This document shows, in pieces, positions 50,126-60,100 of a DNA stretch of 64,000 nt; within the stretch, counting starts at the first letter, position 1, and each line of letters opens with the position of its first letter. The position numbers and the translations under genes are program-made. The stretch lies in the NCBI GenBank assembly GCA_963796455.1, contig CAWCLO010000008.1, forward strand, positions 89,361-153,360. The letters run 5' to 3'. The notes beneath the pieces were generated by a model. It ran no database searches and was not told the origin of the DNA. It was given only the letters and a program-made list of their open reading frames with translations. The stretch is from Candidatus Sulfomarinibacteraceae bacterium. GTDB lineage: Bacteria > Acidobacteriota > Thermoanaerobaculia > Thermoanaerobaculales > Sulfomarinibacteraceae.

Positions 50126-50971
50126 ATGCGCCAACTCAGTGTTATTGCCGCGGTCGTCTTTCTGGTCGGGTCTTTTACCGCCTGCAGCTCGTCGCAGGAC
50201 ATGGCGCTGCTGCACCGTGAGATCACCGACGTCCAACGGTCGGTGGATCAACTCGAGACCAACGTTCTCGACAAGTCGGACCTGGACGAAATGGAACAGT
50301 CGATGCAGAACCTGACGGACAAGAACATGCGTTCCAACGCGGATCTTGCTCAGAAGGTTTCCGAGCTCCAGGAGCAGATCGAGGCCCTCCACGCGAGCCT
50401 CGATCTGACGACCCGCAAATTGCAGCAGATCTCTCAGGAACTGGCTGCGGTCGCCGCGGTCGGCGCCGCCGGCGCCCTGTTGCCGCCTGTCACGGTTGCG
50501 CCACCGGCCGAGGGTTCGACCGGCACGGAGCCGGGGACCGCAGGGGCGGCAGCGGCGGCCGGAGCCGCAGCAGCCGGCGGCGGGATGAGCCCCGACACGC
50601 TTTACCGCTCGGCCTACGAAGATTACATGCGCGGCAACTACGATCTCGCGGCCGACGGCTTCGGCGACTACTATCGTCGCTATCCGAATACCGAGCTCGC
50701 GGACAACGCGCTGTACTGGATCGGCGAGTGTTTTGACGCCCAGGAGAAACCCCAAGAGGCCCTCGAGACCTTCAGCAGGGTGCTCGAGGACTACCCGACC
50801 TCGGACAAGGCGGCCGCCGCCCAGCTCAAAAAAGGTCTGATCTATCTCAAGGAGGGCGATCAGGGCCAGGGTGTGGTGAACCTCCAATACGTGGTCTACG
50901 AGCACCCGGGCACCCGCGAGGCCGACCTGGCGCGCGAACAGTTGAAGTCGCTCGGTCTCACCATCCGCTGA
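50126..50971 (+). CDS. cpoB: Tol-Pal protein YbgF/CpoB
   Basis: Follows pal; coiled coil + TPR (ADNALYWIGE, YPTSDK). Confidence 0.88.
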   Translation: MRQLSVIAAVVFLVGSFTACSSSQDMALLHREITDVQRSVDQLETNVLDKSDLDEMEQSMQNLTDKNMRSNADLAQKVSELQEQIEALHASLDLTTRKLQQISQELAAVAAVGAAGALLPPVTVAPPAEGSTGTEPGTAGAAAAAGAAAAGGGMSPDTLYRSAYEDYMRGNYDLAADGFGDYYRRYPNTELADNALYWIGECFDAQEKPQEALETFSRVLEDYPTSDKAAAAQLKKGLIYLKEGDQGQGVVNLQYVVYEHPGTREADLAREQLKSLGLTIR

Positions 50972-51195
50972 TCGCAGGGCCTTGAGGCTATGACCGGCCG
51001 CTGGGCGGCCTGGCGATGAGGCTATGGAGCCCGTCGCAGAGAACTATCGCGAGCCCCCGGTCGATGGTTGGCACCCACGGCCTCATAGCCTCACAGCCCC
51101 AAAGCCCCGACAGCACTAGCCTAATTTCGAGGTTTCCGCTATCATGTCCGACCCAGTGCCGTGCACAACGCGGTACGCAGTGAAGGAGTGAGTTG

Positions 51196-51486
51196 ATGGC
51201 AACGATCAAGGGTACGAAAAAACAAGCGCGCAAGCGCCACCGCCAGTCGCTCGAGCGCCGAATGCGCAATCGTTCGGTGAGGACCAGGGTGCGCCGGCAG
51301 ATGCGCCTGATGCGTGCCGCGATGGCCGATGGCGACGCGGACACGGTCAAGAAGCTTCTTCCGGACACCCTGTCGGTGATCGACATCGGTTGGCGTAAGG
51401 GCGTGATCCACCGCAACGCAGCGGCACGCTACAAGTCGCGGATGGCGAAGCAGGCCCAAGCGGTCATCTCCGGTAAGGAAGCCTGA
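51196..51486 (+). CDS. rpsT: 30S ribosomal protein S20
   Basis: RRMRNRS, KGVIHRNAAARYKSR. Confidence 0.93.
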   Translation: MATIKGTKKQARKRHRQSLERRMRNRSVRTRVRRQMRLMRAAMADGDADTVKKLLPDTLSVIDIGWRKGVIHRNAAARYKSRMAKQAQAVISGKEA

Positions 51487-51490
51487 GGCG

Positions 51491-52399
51491 ATGACGCGGG
51501 CTCTGCTCACCACCGAGATTCCCTCGGGAAACCTGGTGAGTCGGGGCAAGGTTCGTGACATTTTCGAAGTCGACGACGCACTGATCCTGGTCGCCACCGA
51601 TCGCATCAGCGCCTTCGACAGCGTCCTGTCTCCAGGAATCCCAGGTCGCGGCGAGATCCTGACCAGGCTCTCGACCTTCTGGTTTCGGCATTTCGAAGAT
51701 CGAGTGCCCAACCACCTCGTGGCAACCGAGCTTGCCCAGTTCCCCAAACCATTTGCAGATCACCCCGAGCTCGCCGGCCGCAGCGTGCTGGCTCAGAAGC
51801 TCGAGCCGATTCCGGTCGAATGCGTGGCCCGCGGCTATCTCGTGGGCTCAGGCTGGAAGGAGTACCAGGCGGACGGTACCGTCTGCGGTATCAAGCTCCC
51901 CGAGGGTCTGATCCAGGCATCAAAGCTTCCCGAGCCGATCTTCACGCCCGCCACCAAGGCCACCGATGGGCATGACGAAAACATCAGTTTCGAACGAATG
52001 GTCTCCATCGTCGGCGAAGAGACCGCGACAAGGCTTCGAGACCTGACGCTGGATCTCTACACGTCGGCCGCTGATTATGCCCGCGAACGAGGCATCATCA
52101 TCGCCGATACCAAGTTCGAGTTCGGGTTTGATGGTGATCGACAGATCGTTTGGATGGACGAAGCACTGACGCCCGATTCGTCGCGGTTTTGGCCTGCAGA
52201 CGAGTACGAACCCGGACGATCGCCCGCTTCATACGACAAACAATATGTGCGTGACTGGCTTGAAGCCAGCGGGTGGGACAAAGAACCACCTGCGCCGACG
52301 TTGCCCCAAGAGGTGGTAGACGGAACACTGTCACGCTATCAGGAGGCATACCGGTTGCTGACCGGTTCGGACCTCATCCCGGCCGCAGCAAGCGACTGA
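51491..52399 (+). CDS. purC: SAICAR synthetase
   Basis: GKVRD, DRISAFD, ECVARGY, ADTKFEFG, TPDSSRFW, DKQYVRD. Confidence 0.96.
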   Translation: MTRALLTTEIPSGNLVSRGKVRDIFEVDDALILVATDRISAFDSVLSPGIPGRGEILTRLSTFWFRHFEDRVPNHLVATELAQFPKPFADHPELAGRSVLAQKLEPIPVECVARGYLVGSGWKEYQADGTVCGIKLPEGLIQASKLPEPIFTPATKATDGHDENISFERMVSIVGEETATRLRDLTLDLYTSAADYARERGIIIADTKFEFGFDGDRQIVWMDEALTPDSSRFWPADEYEPGRSPASYDKQYVRDWLEASGWDKEPPAPTLPQEVVDGTLSRYQEAYRLLTGSDLIPAAASD

Positions 52400-52436
52400 G
52401 AACTCAAATCCACCCCGAGGAGCGGAGGACCCTTCC

Positions 52437-54518
52437 ATGACCGTGTACCAAACCGAGAACATCCGCAATGTTGCTGTGGTCGGCCACCCCGATACCGGCA
52501 AGACGTCGTTGGTTTCGGCAATGCTCTACGACAGTGGGGCCGTCAATCGTCTGACCAAGGTGGATGATTCCAATACCACCACCGATTTCGACGAGGACGA
52601 GCACGACCGGAAGATCACCATCAACACGGCGGTCGCCCATTTCGAGCGTCGAGGCGTCAAGGTGAATCTGATCGACACACCGGGATACGGGATTTTCTCG
52701 ACCGACGCGATGCAGGGCCTGCGGGTGGCCGATTCAGCGTTGATGATGGTCTCCGCGGTCGCCGGCGTCGAGGTCCAGACCGAAAAAATGTGGAAGGCCG
52801 CCGGTGGGTTCGAGTTGCCGGTGCTCTTCGCGGTCAATCTCATGGATCGTGATCGCGCCTCGTTTTCGCGCGTGGTCGAGATTCTGCAAAAGAAGTTCGG
52901 TCGTGCGGTGACCCCGTTGCAACTGCCGATCGGTGAAGAGTCCGCTTTTTCCGGCGTCGTCGATCTGGTCAGCGGCAAGGCCTTCACCTGGGAAAATGAC
53001 GAGAGTTCGAATGTCACCGAGGCCGAGATCCCGGGCGACATGGCCGACGCTGTGGCATCGGCCCGTGAGGCCTTGATGGAGATGGTCGCCGAGCAGGACG
53101 AAGACCTGATGGAAAAGTATCTCGAAGAGGGCGAACTTGACGTATCGACCCTTTCGACCGGCCTCAAGAAGGCAATCACAGCACGGGAGCTTCTGCCTGT
53201 CTTTGCGGTGGCGGGTGGCAAGAACATCGGTGTTCAGCCTCTGATGGATGCCCTCGTCGATTTCGCACCCGCACCCGACTGGCGCCCGATCCGGGCAACC
53301 GTGGATGGCGAAGAGCAGGAATTGGACACCTCTTCGGACGCTCCCTTTTCCGCCTATATTTTCAAGTCGATCTCCGACCCCTTTGCCGGCCACATCACTT
53401 TGATGCGGGTTTTCTCGGGCGGCGTCGCAACCGATGCCAACGTTTCCAACTCCACCCGTGATTCCGCGGAACGTCTGAGCGCGCTGTCGATCGCCCAGGG
53501 CAAGGATCTCGAGCACGTCACCGAGCTTGCCGCCGGCGATATCGGCGCTCTTCCAAAACTCAAAGCCACCCACACCGGCGACACCCTGTGTGAGGCCAAA
53601 AAGGACATCAAGCTGACTGCAGTGGCGATTCCCGAGCCGGCCATCAGTTTCGCCCTCGAGGCAGAGTCCAAGGGTGACGAGAACAAGTTGGCAACTGCGC
53701 TGGTCAAGATCCGCGACGAAGATCCGACGATCTCGGTCGGCCGTGACCCGCAGACGAAGGAAATGTTGATCTCGGGAACCGGTCAGTTGCACGTCGAGGT
53801 CGTGATCGGCCGGCTCAAGAAACGCTACAACGTCAACGTCGTGCTGCACCAGCCGAAGGTGCCCTATCGCGAAACCATCAAATCGTCGGCCGAGGTCACG
53901 ACCCGGCACAAAAAGCAGACCGGTGGTTCGGGCCAGTTCGCCCAGTGCTCGGTGATCATGGAGCCCAACTTCGGCAAGGGCTACGAATTCGTCGACAAGA
54001 TCTTCGGGGGTTCGATCTCCCAGACCTACCGCCCGGCGGTTGACAAGGGCATCCAGGAAGCCGCCGAGCGCGGCGTGGTTGCCGGCTATCCGATGGTCGA
54101 TTTCAAGATCACCCTCGTCGATGGCAAAGAGCACGCTGTGGATTCTTCGGAAATGGCATTCAAAATGGCCGGTCGCAAGGCCTTCAGGGAAGCTGCCGCC
54201 AAGTGCAAGGCCACCCTGCTCGAGCCCATCATGCAGATCGAGGTCTATGTCCCCGAGGACAACCTCGGCGATGTCATGGGCGACCTCAATTCGCGCCGCG
54301 GCCGCGTCCAGGGCATGGACTCCGAGGCCGGAACCACCACCGTGAAGGCGGCGGTCCCGTTGGCCGAGATGCTGACCTACGCGCCGACTCTTCGTTCGAT
54401 CACCCAGGGACGGGGTGACTTCCACATGGAGTTCGCCCAGTACTCCGAGGTTCCCAAACAGCTGCAGGAGAAAATCATCGCTGCGGCCTCCACCGACGAA
54501 GAGGACGAAGACGAATAG
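52437..54518 (+). CDS. fusA: Elongation factor G paralog (EF-G2-like)
   Basis: Full EF-G domain order; G1 GHPDTGKT, DTPG, VDSSEMAF; not in the str operon. Confidence 0.88.
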   Translation: MTVYQTENIRNVAVVGHPDTGKTSLVSAMLYDSGAVNRLTKVDDSNTTTDFDEDEHDRKITINTAVAHFERRGVKVNLIDTPGYGIFSTDAMQGLRVADSALMMVSAVAGVEVQTEKMWKAAGGFELPVLFAVNLMDRDRASFSRVVEILQKKFGRAVTPLQLPIGEESAFSGVVDLVSGKAFTWENDESSNVTEAEIPGDMADAVASAREALMEMVAEQDEDLMEKYLEEGELDVSTLSTGLKKAITARELLPVFAVAGGKNIGVQPLMDALVDFAPAPDWRPIRATVDGEEQELDTSSDAPFSAYIFKSISDPFAGHITLMRVFSGGVATDANVSNSTRDSAERLSALSIAQGKDLEHVTELAAGDIGALPKLKATHTGDTLCEAKKDIKLTAVAIPEPAISFALEAESKGDENKLATALVKIRDEDPTISVGRDPQTKEMLISGTGQLHVEVVIGRLKKRYNVNVVLHQPKVPYRETIKSSAEVTTRHKKQTGGSGQFAQCSVIMEPNFGKGYEFVDKIFGGSISQTYRPAVDKGIQEAAERGVVAGYPMVDFKITLVDGKEHAVDSSEMAFKMAGRKAFREAAAKCKATLLEPIMQIEVYVPEDNLGDVMGDLNSRRGRVQGMDSEAGTTTVKAAVPLAEMLTYAPTLRSITQGRGDFHMEFAQYSEVPKQLQEKIIAAASTDEEDEDE

Positions 54519-54750
54519 AATCAGGAATCAGGAATTAGGAATTCAAAACCGCCTCCCATGAAAACGGGAGGCGGTTTTTTGTCGCCATGGCGGGCACCTT
54601 TGTGGTGCGGGCGTCCCGCCCGCACAAATCCACTGGCTTCGAAGAGGTGTGGTCGAGGTCCGGTTTTGCCCTTCGGTCTGTTCCATGACAGGACAGGCCG
54701 CGCCACAATTTGGGCGGCATTCCTAATTCCTCATTCCTCATTCCTAATTC
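54518..54750. repeat. Inverted GAATYAG arrays (54518-54544, 54718-54750) enclosing the terminator and a REP-like hairpin (54601-54625)
   Basis: tgtggtgcgggcgtcccgcccgcac resembles the REP half-units in cassettes A and B. Confidence 0.8.
54545..54580 (+). terminator. Intrinsic (possibly bidirectional) terminator
   Basis: aaaaccgcctccc-loop-gggaggcggtttttt. Confidence 0.85.
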
Positions 54751-56128
54751 AAAGTTGCGTGTCGTCGTCCCAATCCTCGATCTTCGCCACGTACTCCGGA
54801 TCTTCGTATCGCGCGGGATGGAATGCACCGGCATACTCGGGCAGCTTGTCCCCGGCCACGTGCGCTGCGACCAATTCGGCGGTAGCGCATGATGCCATCA
54901 GCCCGAAACCCGACAGCGCGCCGTGCACGAACGCCCCCTCCACCGGAAGCGGCCCGGCCAGGGGCCGGTTTTCCTTTGTCTTGGTGTAGTAACCGCCGTC
55001 GATGTGCGGCTTCGGCATTCGTTCCACATAGGCACCGAGCCCCGGGATCATGGTGGCGATCCCGCGTATGCAGATCTCCGCATAATGGTCGGGTATGGGC
55101 AGAGGAAAGTTCTCTGCTACCGGGTTGAGATGATACGGCCACAGGATGAGCAGGTGGCCGCTCTCTCCACCACCCTCGATACGGGTGTGGACACCGGCCG
55201 GCATCTCGCCGAGCAGCAACTTCCCATCCTCCGTTTCAGCCAGGAACTCGCGCTCGTCCTCGGTCCAACCCAGATGCTGAGAGTCCTCCCAGATCATGAA
55301 TGGCGCATCGCGAGGCACGACCCCAAGGTGGTCTTCGATCGAGACCTTGAGGTGGAGTTCAGAAAAGACCGGCAGCTCGAGGCCCAACTGGATGCCGACG
55401 TCGTGGAGCAGGGGACCGGCGGCGTTCACGAATCGTGGAGTACTGATCGTGACCACCTCACCCGTGGTGCCCACCTGAACCGCCGACACGCGGCCTCCCG
55501 GTGTCTCGATCCACTCCACGCGCCCCTCGATGACCTCGACCCCGGCGTCCCTGGCTTGCTCGAGTTGAAGCATGCCCAGCTGCTGGCCCGAAAACCATCC
55601 ACAACGTCGGGCGTGGAGCACAGCGACGGTATCTTCCGAAAGGAACGGAAACTCGCGCCGGATCAGCTCGGGATCGGTGATCAGATCCGCACCATTCGGT
55701 TGATCTTTCCAGCCGTCACTCGGAGCCGGCCGGTAGTCGGTGCTATCGCCTTCGGGGTGGATCCGCACCGGCCCGGCGCCGTAGCTCGAGGCCAGGACCG
55801 CTGAAGCCCGCATCCCTTCGATCCGGTCCGGATCAGCAGTCGCAAAGAGATAACCCCGCCGGTTCAAAAGAAAGCGGTTGTCACTCGCCTCGGCCAGTTC
55901 CTCCAGCAGATCGATGGATCGATTCATGAGCTGCACCATGGCGTCGTCGGGCCCAGGCCACCAGTTTCGATACGCCTCGGTGGACTTGTCCGAGGTCAAT
56001 GTCATCGGAGCCCTCTCGTCCACCAGCACCACATTCTTCATGCCGTGGACAACGGCTAACTGCCGGGCCACCGAGATCCCCGCGATCCCGGCACCACAGA
56101 TCACAATTTCGGCCGTCCGTTGAGTCAC
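54749..56128 (-). CDS. FAD-dependent oxidoreductase (DAO / sarcosine oxidase beta-like)
   Basis: ICGAGIAG, VNAAG, GALSGFGLM. Confidence 0.88.
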   Translation of the reverse strand: MTQRTAEIVICGAGIAGISVARQLAVVHGMKNVVLVDERAPMTLTSDKSTEAYRNWWPGPDDAMVQLMNRSIDLLEELAEASDNRFLLNRRGYLFATADPDRIEGMRASAVLASSYGAGPVRIHPEGDSTDYRPAPSDGWKDQPNGADLITDPELIRREFPFLSEDTVAVLHARRCGWFSGQQLGMLQLEQARDAGVEVIEGRVEWIETPGGRVSAVQVGTTGEVVTISTPRFVNAAGPLLHDVGIQLGLELPVFSELHLKVSIEDHLGVVPRDAPFMIWEDSQHLGWTEDEREFLAETEDGKLLLGEMPAGVHTRIEGGGESGHLLILWPYHLNPVAENFPLPIPDHYAEICIRGIATMIPGLGAYVERMPKPHIDGGYYTKTKENRPLAGPLPVEGAFVHGALSGFGLMASCATAELVAAHVAGDKLPEYAGAFHPARYEDPEYVAKIEDWDDDTQL

Positions 56129-56544
56129 GACGTTGCGACCTCTTCGAGCGCTTCAGCCAGGGTGACCACGCGTACTCGCCCGACGACACTCCCAAAAAGA
56201 TGACCAAAATGTCTCCGATCGCCGGTGACCAGCAGGTCGGCTCCGGCAGCTGCAGCCGAAGCGAGGATGGGAGCGTCGTTTTCGGGAAGCCCAAGCTGCG
56301 TGGCCCAGGCGACCAGGACGGGGCCGGCTTCCGGAACGAGGCGAACAACCTTCAGGACATGATCGAACCTGTCCGTGCTCGAAGGTGATTTCACCATCAA
56401 GTTCCGCTCGACCTCAAAAACGGCGTGCTGCGATGAAATGATTTCGCAGTGCCCGGACTCGGATAATCTGAAGAGTTCATGCGCCCCGCCGCGGGACGAA
56501 TGCGCGGCTGAGAAGAGGACGTTTGCGTCGAGAAAGAGCCGCAC
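56125..56544 (-). CDS. PIN-domain toxin (VapC-like)
   Basis: LFLDANVLFSA, NDAPILA, LVTGDRRHF. Confidence 0.88.
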   Translation of the reverse strand: MRLFLDANVLFSAAHSSRGGAHELFRLSESGHCEIISSQHAVFEVERNLMVKSPSSTDRFDHVLKVVRLVPEAGPVLVAWATQLGLPENDAPILASAAAAGADLLVTGDRRHFGHLFGSVVGRVRVVTLAEALEEVATS

Positions 56545-56793
56545 TCACGACTCCTCGAGTTTCTTTCTGATCTTCTCCCGCAGTTCGTCGCTGATCTGAT
56601 CCTCCTCCATGAACTCGGCGACCCGCGCGTCGCTATAGAGCTCGATGGGATAGACCCCCGCAGGCCGAAGCAGAATCGACCCGTCGGCAGTGGCCTCGAC
56701 CAGCAGAATGGTCTCTGCCTCAATTCCCAGCTGCTCGAGCACCGCCTTGGGTATCGAGACTTGTCCCCGTTTGCCTAATTTCGCAGTTTCCAT
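56545..56793 (-). CDS. AbrB/MazE-type antitoxin
   Basis: KLGKRGQVSIPKAVLEQLGI. Confidence 0.88.
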   Translation of the reverse strand: METAKLGKRGQVSIPKAVLEQLGIEAETILLVEATADGSILLRPAGVYPIELYSDARVAEFMEEDQISDELREKIRKKLEES

Positions 56794-56868
56794 AAAATCA
56801 AGATAAATGATTTCATGATTTTCTGCAATTCGAATGATCAATCGACGACTCGACCGTTCAAATTGCGT

Positions 56869-57306
56869 TCAGTGCCGCCGCAACGGATGGCGCCACCGGA
56901 GGTCGGGGAACCGGTCGAAGTCTGAATCGGTGGTGATCAGTGTGCAGCCGTGCTCAATCGCGACCGCGGCATGTTGTGCGTCCGCTGCCAACTTGCCAGC
57001 GGCTCCAGACCTGCGGCAGAGGTCTTTGAAGATCTCCAGGTGGAGGGCACCCGGATGGATCATCCTTGCATTCGGGCGGCCGGTGAGTTCGTCGATGAAG
57101 GAGAACACCTCGTCGAGGGTCGACGGCCGTTGAAAAATTTTCGGATTGGTGACGATCCGGACCAGGCCGGAAAGAGCGAGTGAAGAAATAGCGAAGGGCT
57201 CGAAGCCGGTAGCCACATCCGTGAGCCATCTGGCATACGCGGCGTGGTCGTCGCAGGAATCACTTCGATGGGCGTAGATCAGCACATTGACGTCGGGCAC
57301 GAACAT
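56869..57306 (-). CDS. vapC: VapC-family PIN toxin
   Basis: PDVNVLIYAH, RIVTNPKIF, DAQHAAVAIEHG, TDSDFDRF. Confidence 0.9.
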   Translation of the reverse strand: MFVPDVNVLIYAHRSDSCDDHAAYARWLTDVATGFEPFAISSLALSGLVRIVTNPKIFQRPSTLDEVFSFIDELTGRPNARMIHPGALHLEIFKDLCRRSGAAGKLAADAQHAAVAIEHGCTLITTDSDFDRFPDLRWRHPLRRH

Positions 57307-57554
57307 CAGTCGTACCGCTCCTCGTCCTCGGCGACCATCAATTCTCGTGGCCGGTCGAGATCGATCTCCGGATACGGCCCGCCACCGCCGACCGTTACCA
57401 GACGAAACGGTTTCTCCTCCTCCGGCCGAAGTTCGCGTTTCATCGCGTCATCGAGCACGGCCGCGATCAACCCACTGACACTGCGACCCTCGGCGGCCGC
57501 CCGCCGTTTCACCGCCTCGAAGATCCGGTCATCGAGAGAAATCGTGGTCCTCAT
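57306..57554 (-). CDS. vapB: RHH-type antitoxin (VapB-like)
   Basis: MRTTISLDDRIFEAVKRRAA; stop overlaps the toxin start. Confidence 0.85.
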   Translation of the reverse strand: MRTTISLDDRIFEAVKRRAAAEGRSVSGLIAAVLDDAMKRELRPEEEKPFRLVTVGGGGPYPEIDLDRPRELMVAEDEERYD

Positions 57555-57665
57555 GCATAACATCATAACATTAGTATGAATATGATGCAAATCAAAAAGG
57601 CCGGGTTTGTTTCGTGTTGGTTTCCACAGCTCCCCAAAAATCCAAGGTCCAGGGGTGGTTGCGCG

Positions 57666-57700
57666 AAATTCCGAATTCCGAATTCCGAACTCCGAATTCC
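57666..57700 (+). repeat. (GAATTCC)n heptamer array upstream of tRNA-Leu
   Basis: Seen directly. Confidence 0.9.
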
Positions 57701-57722
57701 AGCTATGATGGCTGTGTCTCCT

Positions 57723-57805
57723 GCCGGAGTGGCGGAATGGCAGACGCTGGGGACTTAAAATCCCTTGGGAGTAATCCCGTGTGGGTTCGACCCCCACCTC
57801 CGGCA
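57723..57805 (+). tRNA. tRNA-Leu(TAA), CCA not encoded
   Basis: GCCGGAG/CTCCGGC acceptor, CTTAAAA loop, long variable arm, GGTTCGAC. Confidence 0.95.
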
Positions 57806-58243
57806 TTTCCACGCCAGGGTTACTGCGGCCTTTCGCCGCCGTGACTCGTCGGAACCAGCGGACGGCTCTGAGCCGCCTCCACCCATCCGCCCAGCGGCCA
57901 GAACCATGAACCGCTGCTTCTCGCCGTGAACGAACTCACCCTCAGCGGCGTGAACTCGGAGGCGCTGTCGGATTCGAGTCCGGCACGGCGTGTTGACCTA
58001 CCCGAGGTCGTCCTCCATAAACGGACGGATCTCGGTGTTTTCGCGTGCGCCCTGATTCCCGATTGGTGTGACGGAAGAACGATGACTTCCGGATGGAGTA
58101 CGATCGTCTCGACAGCTGAGTTGCGGCGAAGCGTGATCAGCGAGCGCACCATTCCGGACTCCGGGTCAGAGAGTTTTATTGGTGAACGGATCCCGGATTG
58201 GATGGTGTCAGGAGGTTCAAACAATTTCAGGGTGCTGCACGCG

Positions 58244-59190
58244 ATGAATTCGGCACGAGCGGTATTGATAGGGGGGACCTGCTGCCTGTGGGCGGTATTG
58301 TCTGCCGCGCAGGGCTGACGCCGCGCCTTACTGGCCGGCGCCAAGGGGCGTCAACGTCGCGGTCATCGGCTACGTGCATGCCGAGGGGGACGTGCTTTTT
58401 GACCCGACGGTTCCCCTGTACGGAGTGGACTCGAAGGTCGACATCGCAGTTCTCGGCTACCTGCGGACCTTGAATCTCTGGGGGCGCGGCAAACCTCGTG
58501 GTCGAACTGCCCTACGAGTGGTCAACGACCAAAGGCGTCCTCGTCGACACCCCGGCCGAAGGGAGCGTCTCCGGCTTTCGCGATTTCAACGCGACTCTGT
58601 CGGTCAACCTTCTCGGCGCGCCGACCATGACGCCTCAGGAATTCCAGGCGTTTCAAGCCGACCCGAAGCCGATCCTCGGCGTAAGCCTTGAGATCGTGGC
58701 CCCGACCGGCAAATACGACAGCAGCAGGATTCTCAACGCGGGCGGCAACCGGTGGGCGGTCAAAGCGGAGCTGGGTTCCATCGTTCGCCTGAGTCCTAAA
58801 TTGCTGCTCGAGATGGACGCCGGTGCGTGGTTGCTCGGCGACGACGACGAGTTCATCGCCGGCCCGAGAGAACAGGAGCCCATCCTTGCCTTCCAGGTCC
58901 ACCTCGTGCGGAGGTTCAAACCTGGTTTTTGGGCATCACTCGACGCCAACTATTTCTACGGCGGGCGGCAGACCATCGACGGCAGGCAGCTCATTGACGT
59001 GCAGCGGAATGCGAGGATCGGGGGCACGGTGGTGGTGCCGTTCAAGGGCCGCCACGCGGTCAAGATCGGCTACGCCATGGGCCTCTTCGCCGAGTTCGGC
59101 ACCGACTTCGATCAGTTCCTGATGAGCTACCAGATGCTTTTTTTGATCGGGCGGGGGAGTACCAGGAATCGGTCGCGTCGGCACCCATAG
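58244..59190 (+). pseudogene. Outer-membrane transporter-like (MetA-pathway phenol-degradation family) gene, several frameshifts
   Basis: Pieces LTPR.YWPAP, LFDPTVP, VNLLGAP, APTGKYD, NRWAVK, WASLDANY in different frames. Confidence 0.65.
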
Positions 59191-59271
59191 GTTTCGACTA
59201 GACTCCGAGGTGGACAAACTGAATTTCGTGACTTTCAGAGCAGAGAATTCGTTTTGAAGAGGGAGGACCCA

Positions 59272-60002
59272 ATGAAGAAAAGTGCGTTCCGGGTGTTGCT
59301 GGTGGCCCTGGCCGTATCGTTGATCATTTCGGGATGCGGCGCTGGTGGTGGGTCTGTTGCGGTCACTCCCGAGGAAGCACAGTTATCGCCAAGGAGGCCT
59401 ATATCTACGGTTTCCCCATGGTGATGAACTACAAGAAAACGCTCTACAACTACGTGATCGACACCTCGAACCCCGAGTACCCGGGGCCGTTCAACGAGGT
59501 TTCCTGTGAGGCCCGTCTGTTCACACCGGAGGACAAGGCGGTGGTGACTCCCAACGCCGACAAGCCGTACTGCATGTTCTGGATGGATCTTCGGTCGGAA
59601 CCGCTGGTGCTGACCGTGCCCGAAACGGAACCGGAATGGTTTGCCAGTTTGGGCGCGTCGATCTCTACACCCACAACTTTGCCTATGTGGGGACCCTCAC
59701 GACCGGAAACGGAGCGGGCAATTTCTCCTGGTTGGCCCCGGCTGGGAGGGAGAGCTTCCCGAGGATATTTCCGATGTGATCCGCAGCGAAACGGAGTTCA
59801 TCTTCAGCGTCACCAGGACCCAACTCTTCGGACCCGAAGACCTGGTGAGAGTGGAGGAGATTCGTGACGCCTATGCTCTGCAGCATCTCAGCGCGTATCT
59901 CGGGACGGATGCTCCGCCTCAGGCGGCGACGCCCGATTTCCCGGAGTGGGTCGAGGGTTCCCAGTTCGACGAGCGTTTCTTCGGTTATCTCGACTTCAAA
60001 TC
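59272..60002 (+). pseudogene. DUF1254-domain lipoprotein, frameshifted and truncated by the Y1 element
   Basis: IAKEAYIYGFP, VVTPNAD, WMDLRSEP, LVGPGWEG, RTQLFGP. Confidence 0.75.
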
Positions 60003-60100
60003 GGTGCCAGATGGGATGAGTAGGCCGGCCCCCTTTTACGAAGTAGCACAATGCTCTCCAAGTCTAAACGGGCTCGAGGCCCAAGACTAAGGAGACCGGC

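Noticed and set aside
49536..50971. pal-cpoB without tolQRAB as a novelty
   Set aside because: Split tol-pal loci are common, and the rest is probably elsewhere in the genome.
57820..58344. Integrase adjacent to tRNA-Leu
   Set aside because: No tyrosine or serine recombinase motifs in the listed ORFs.
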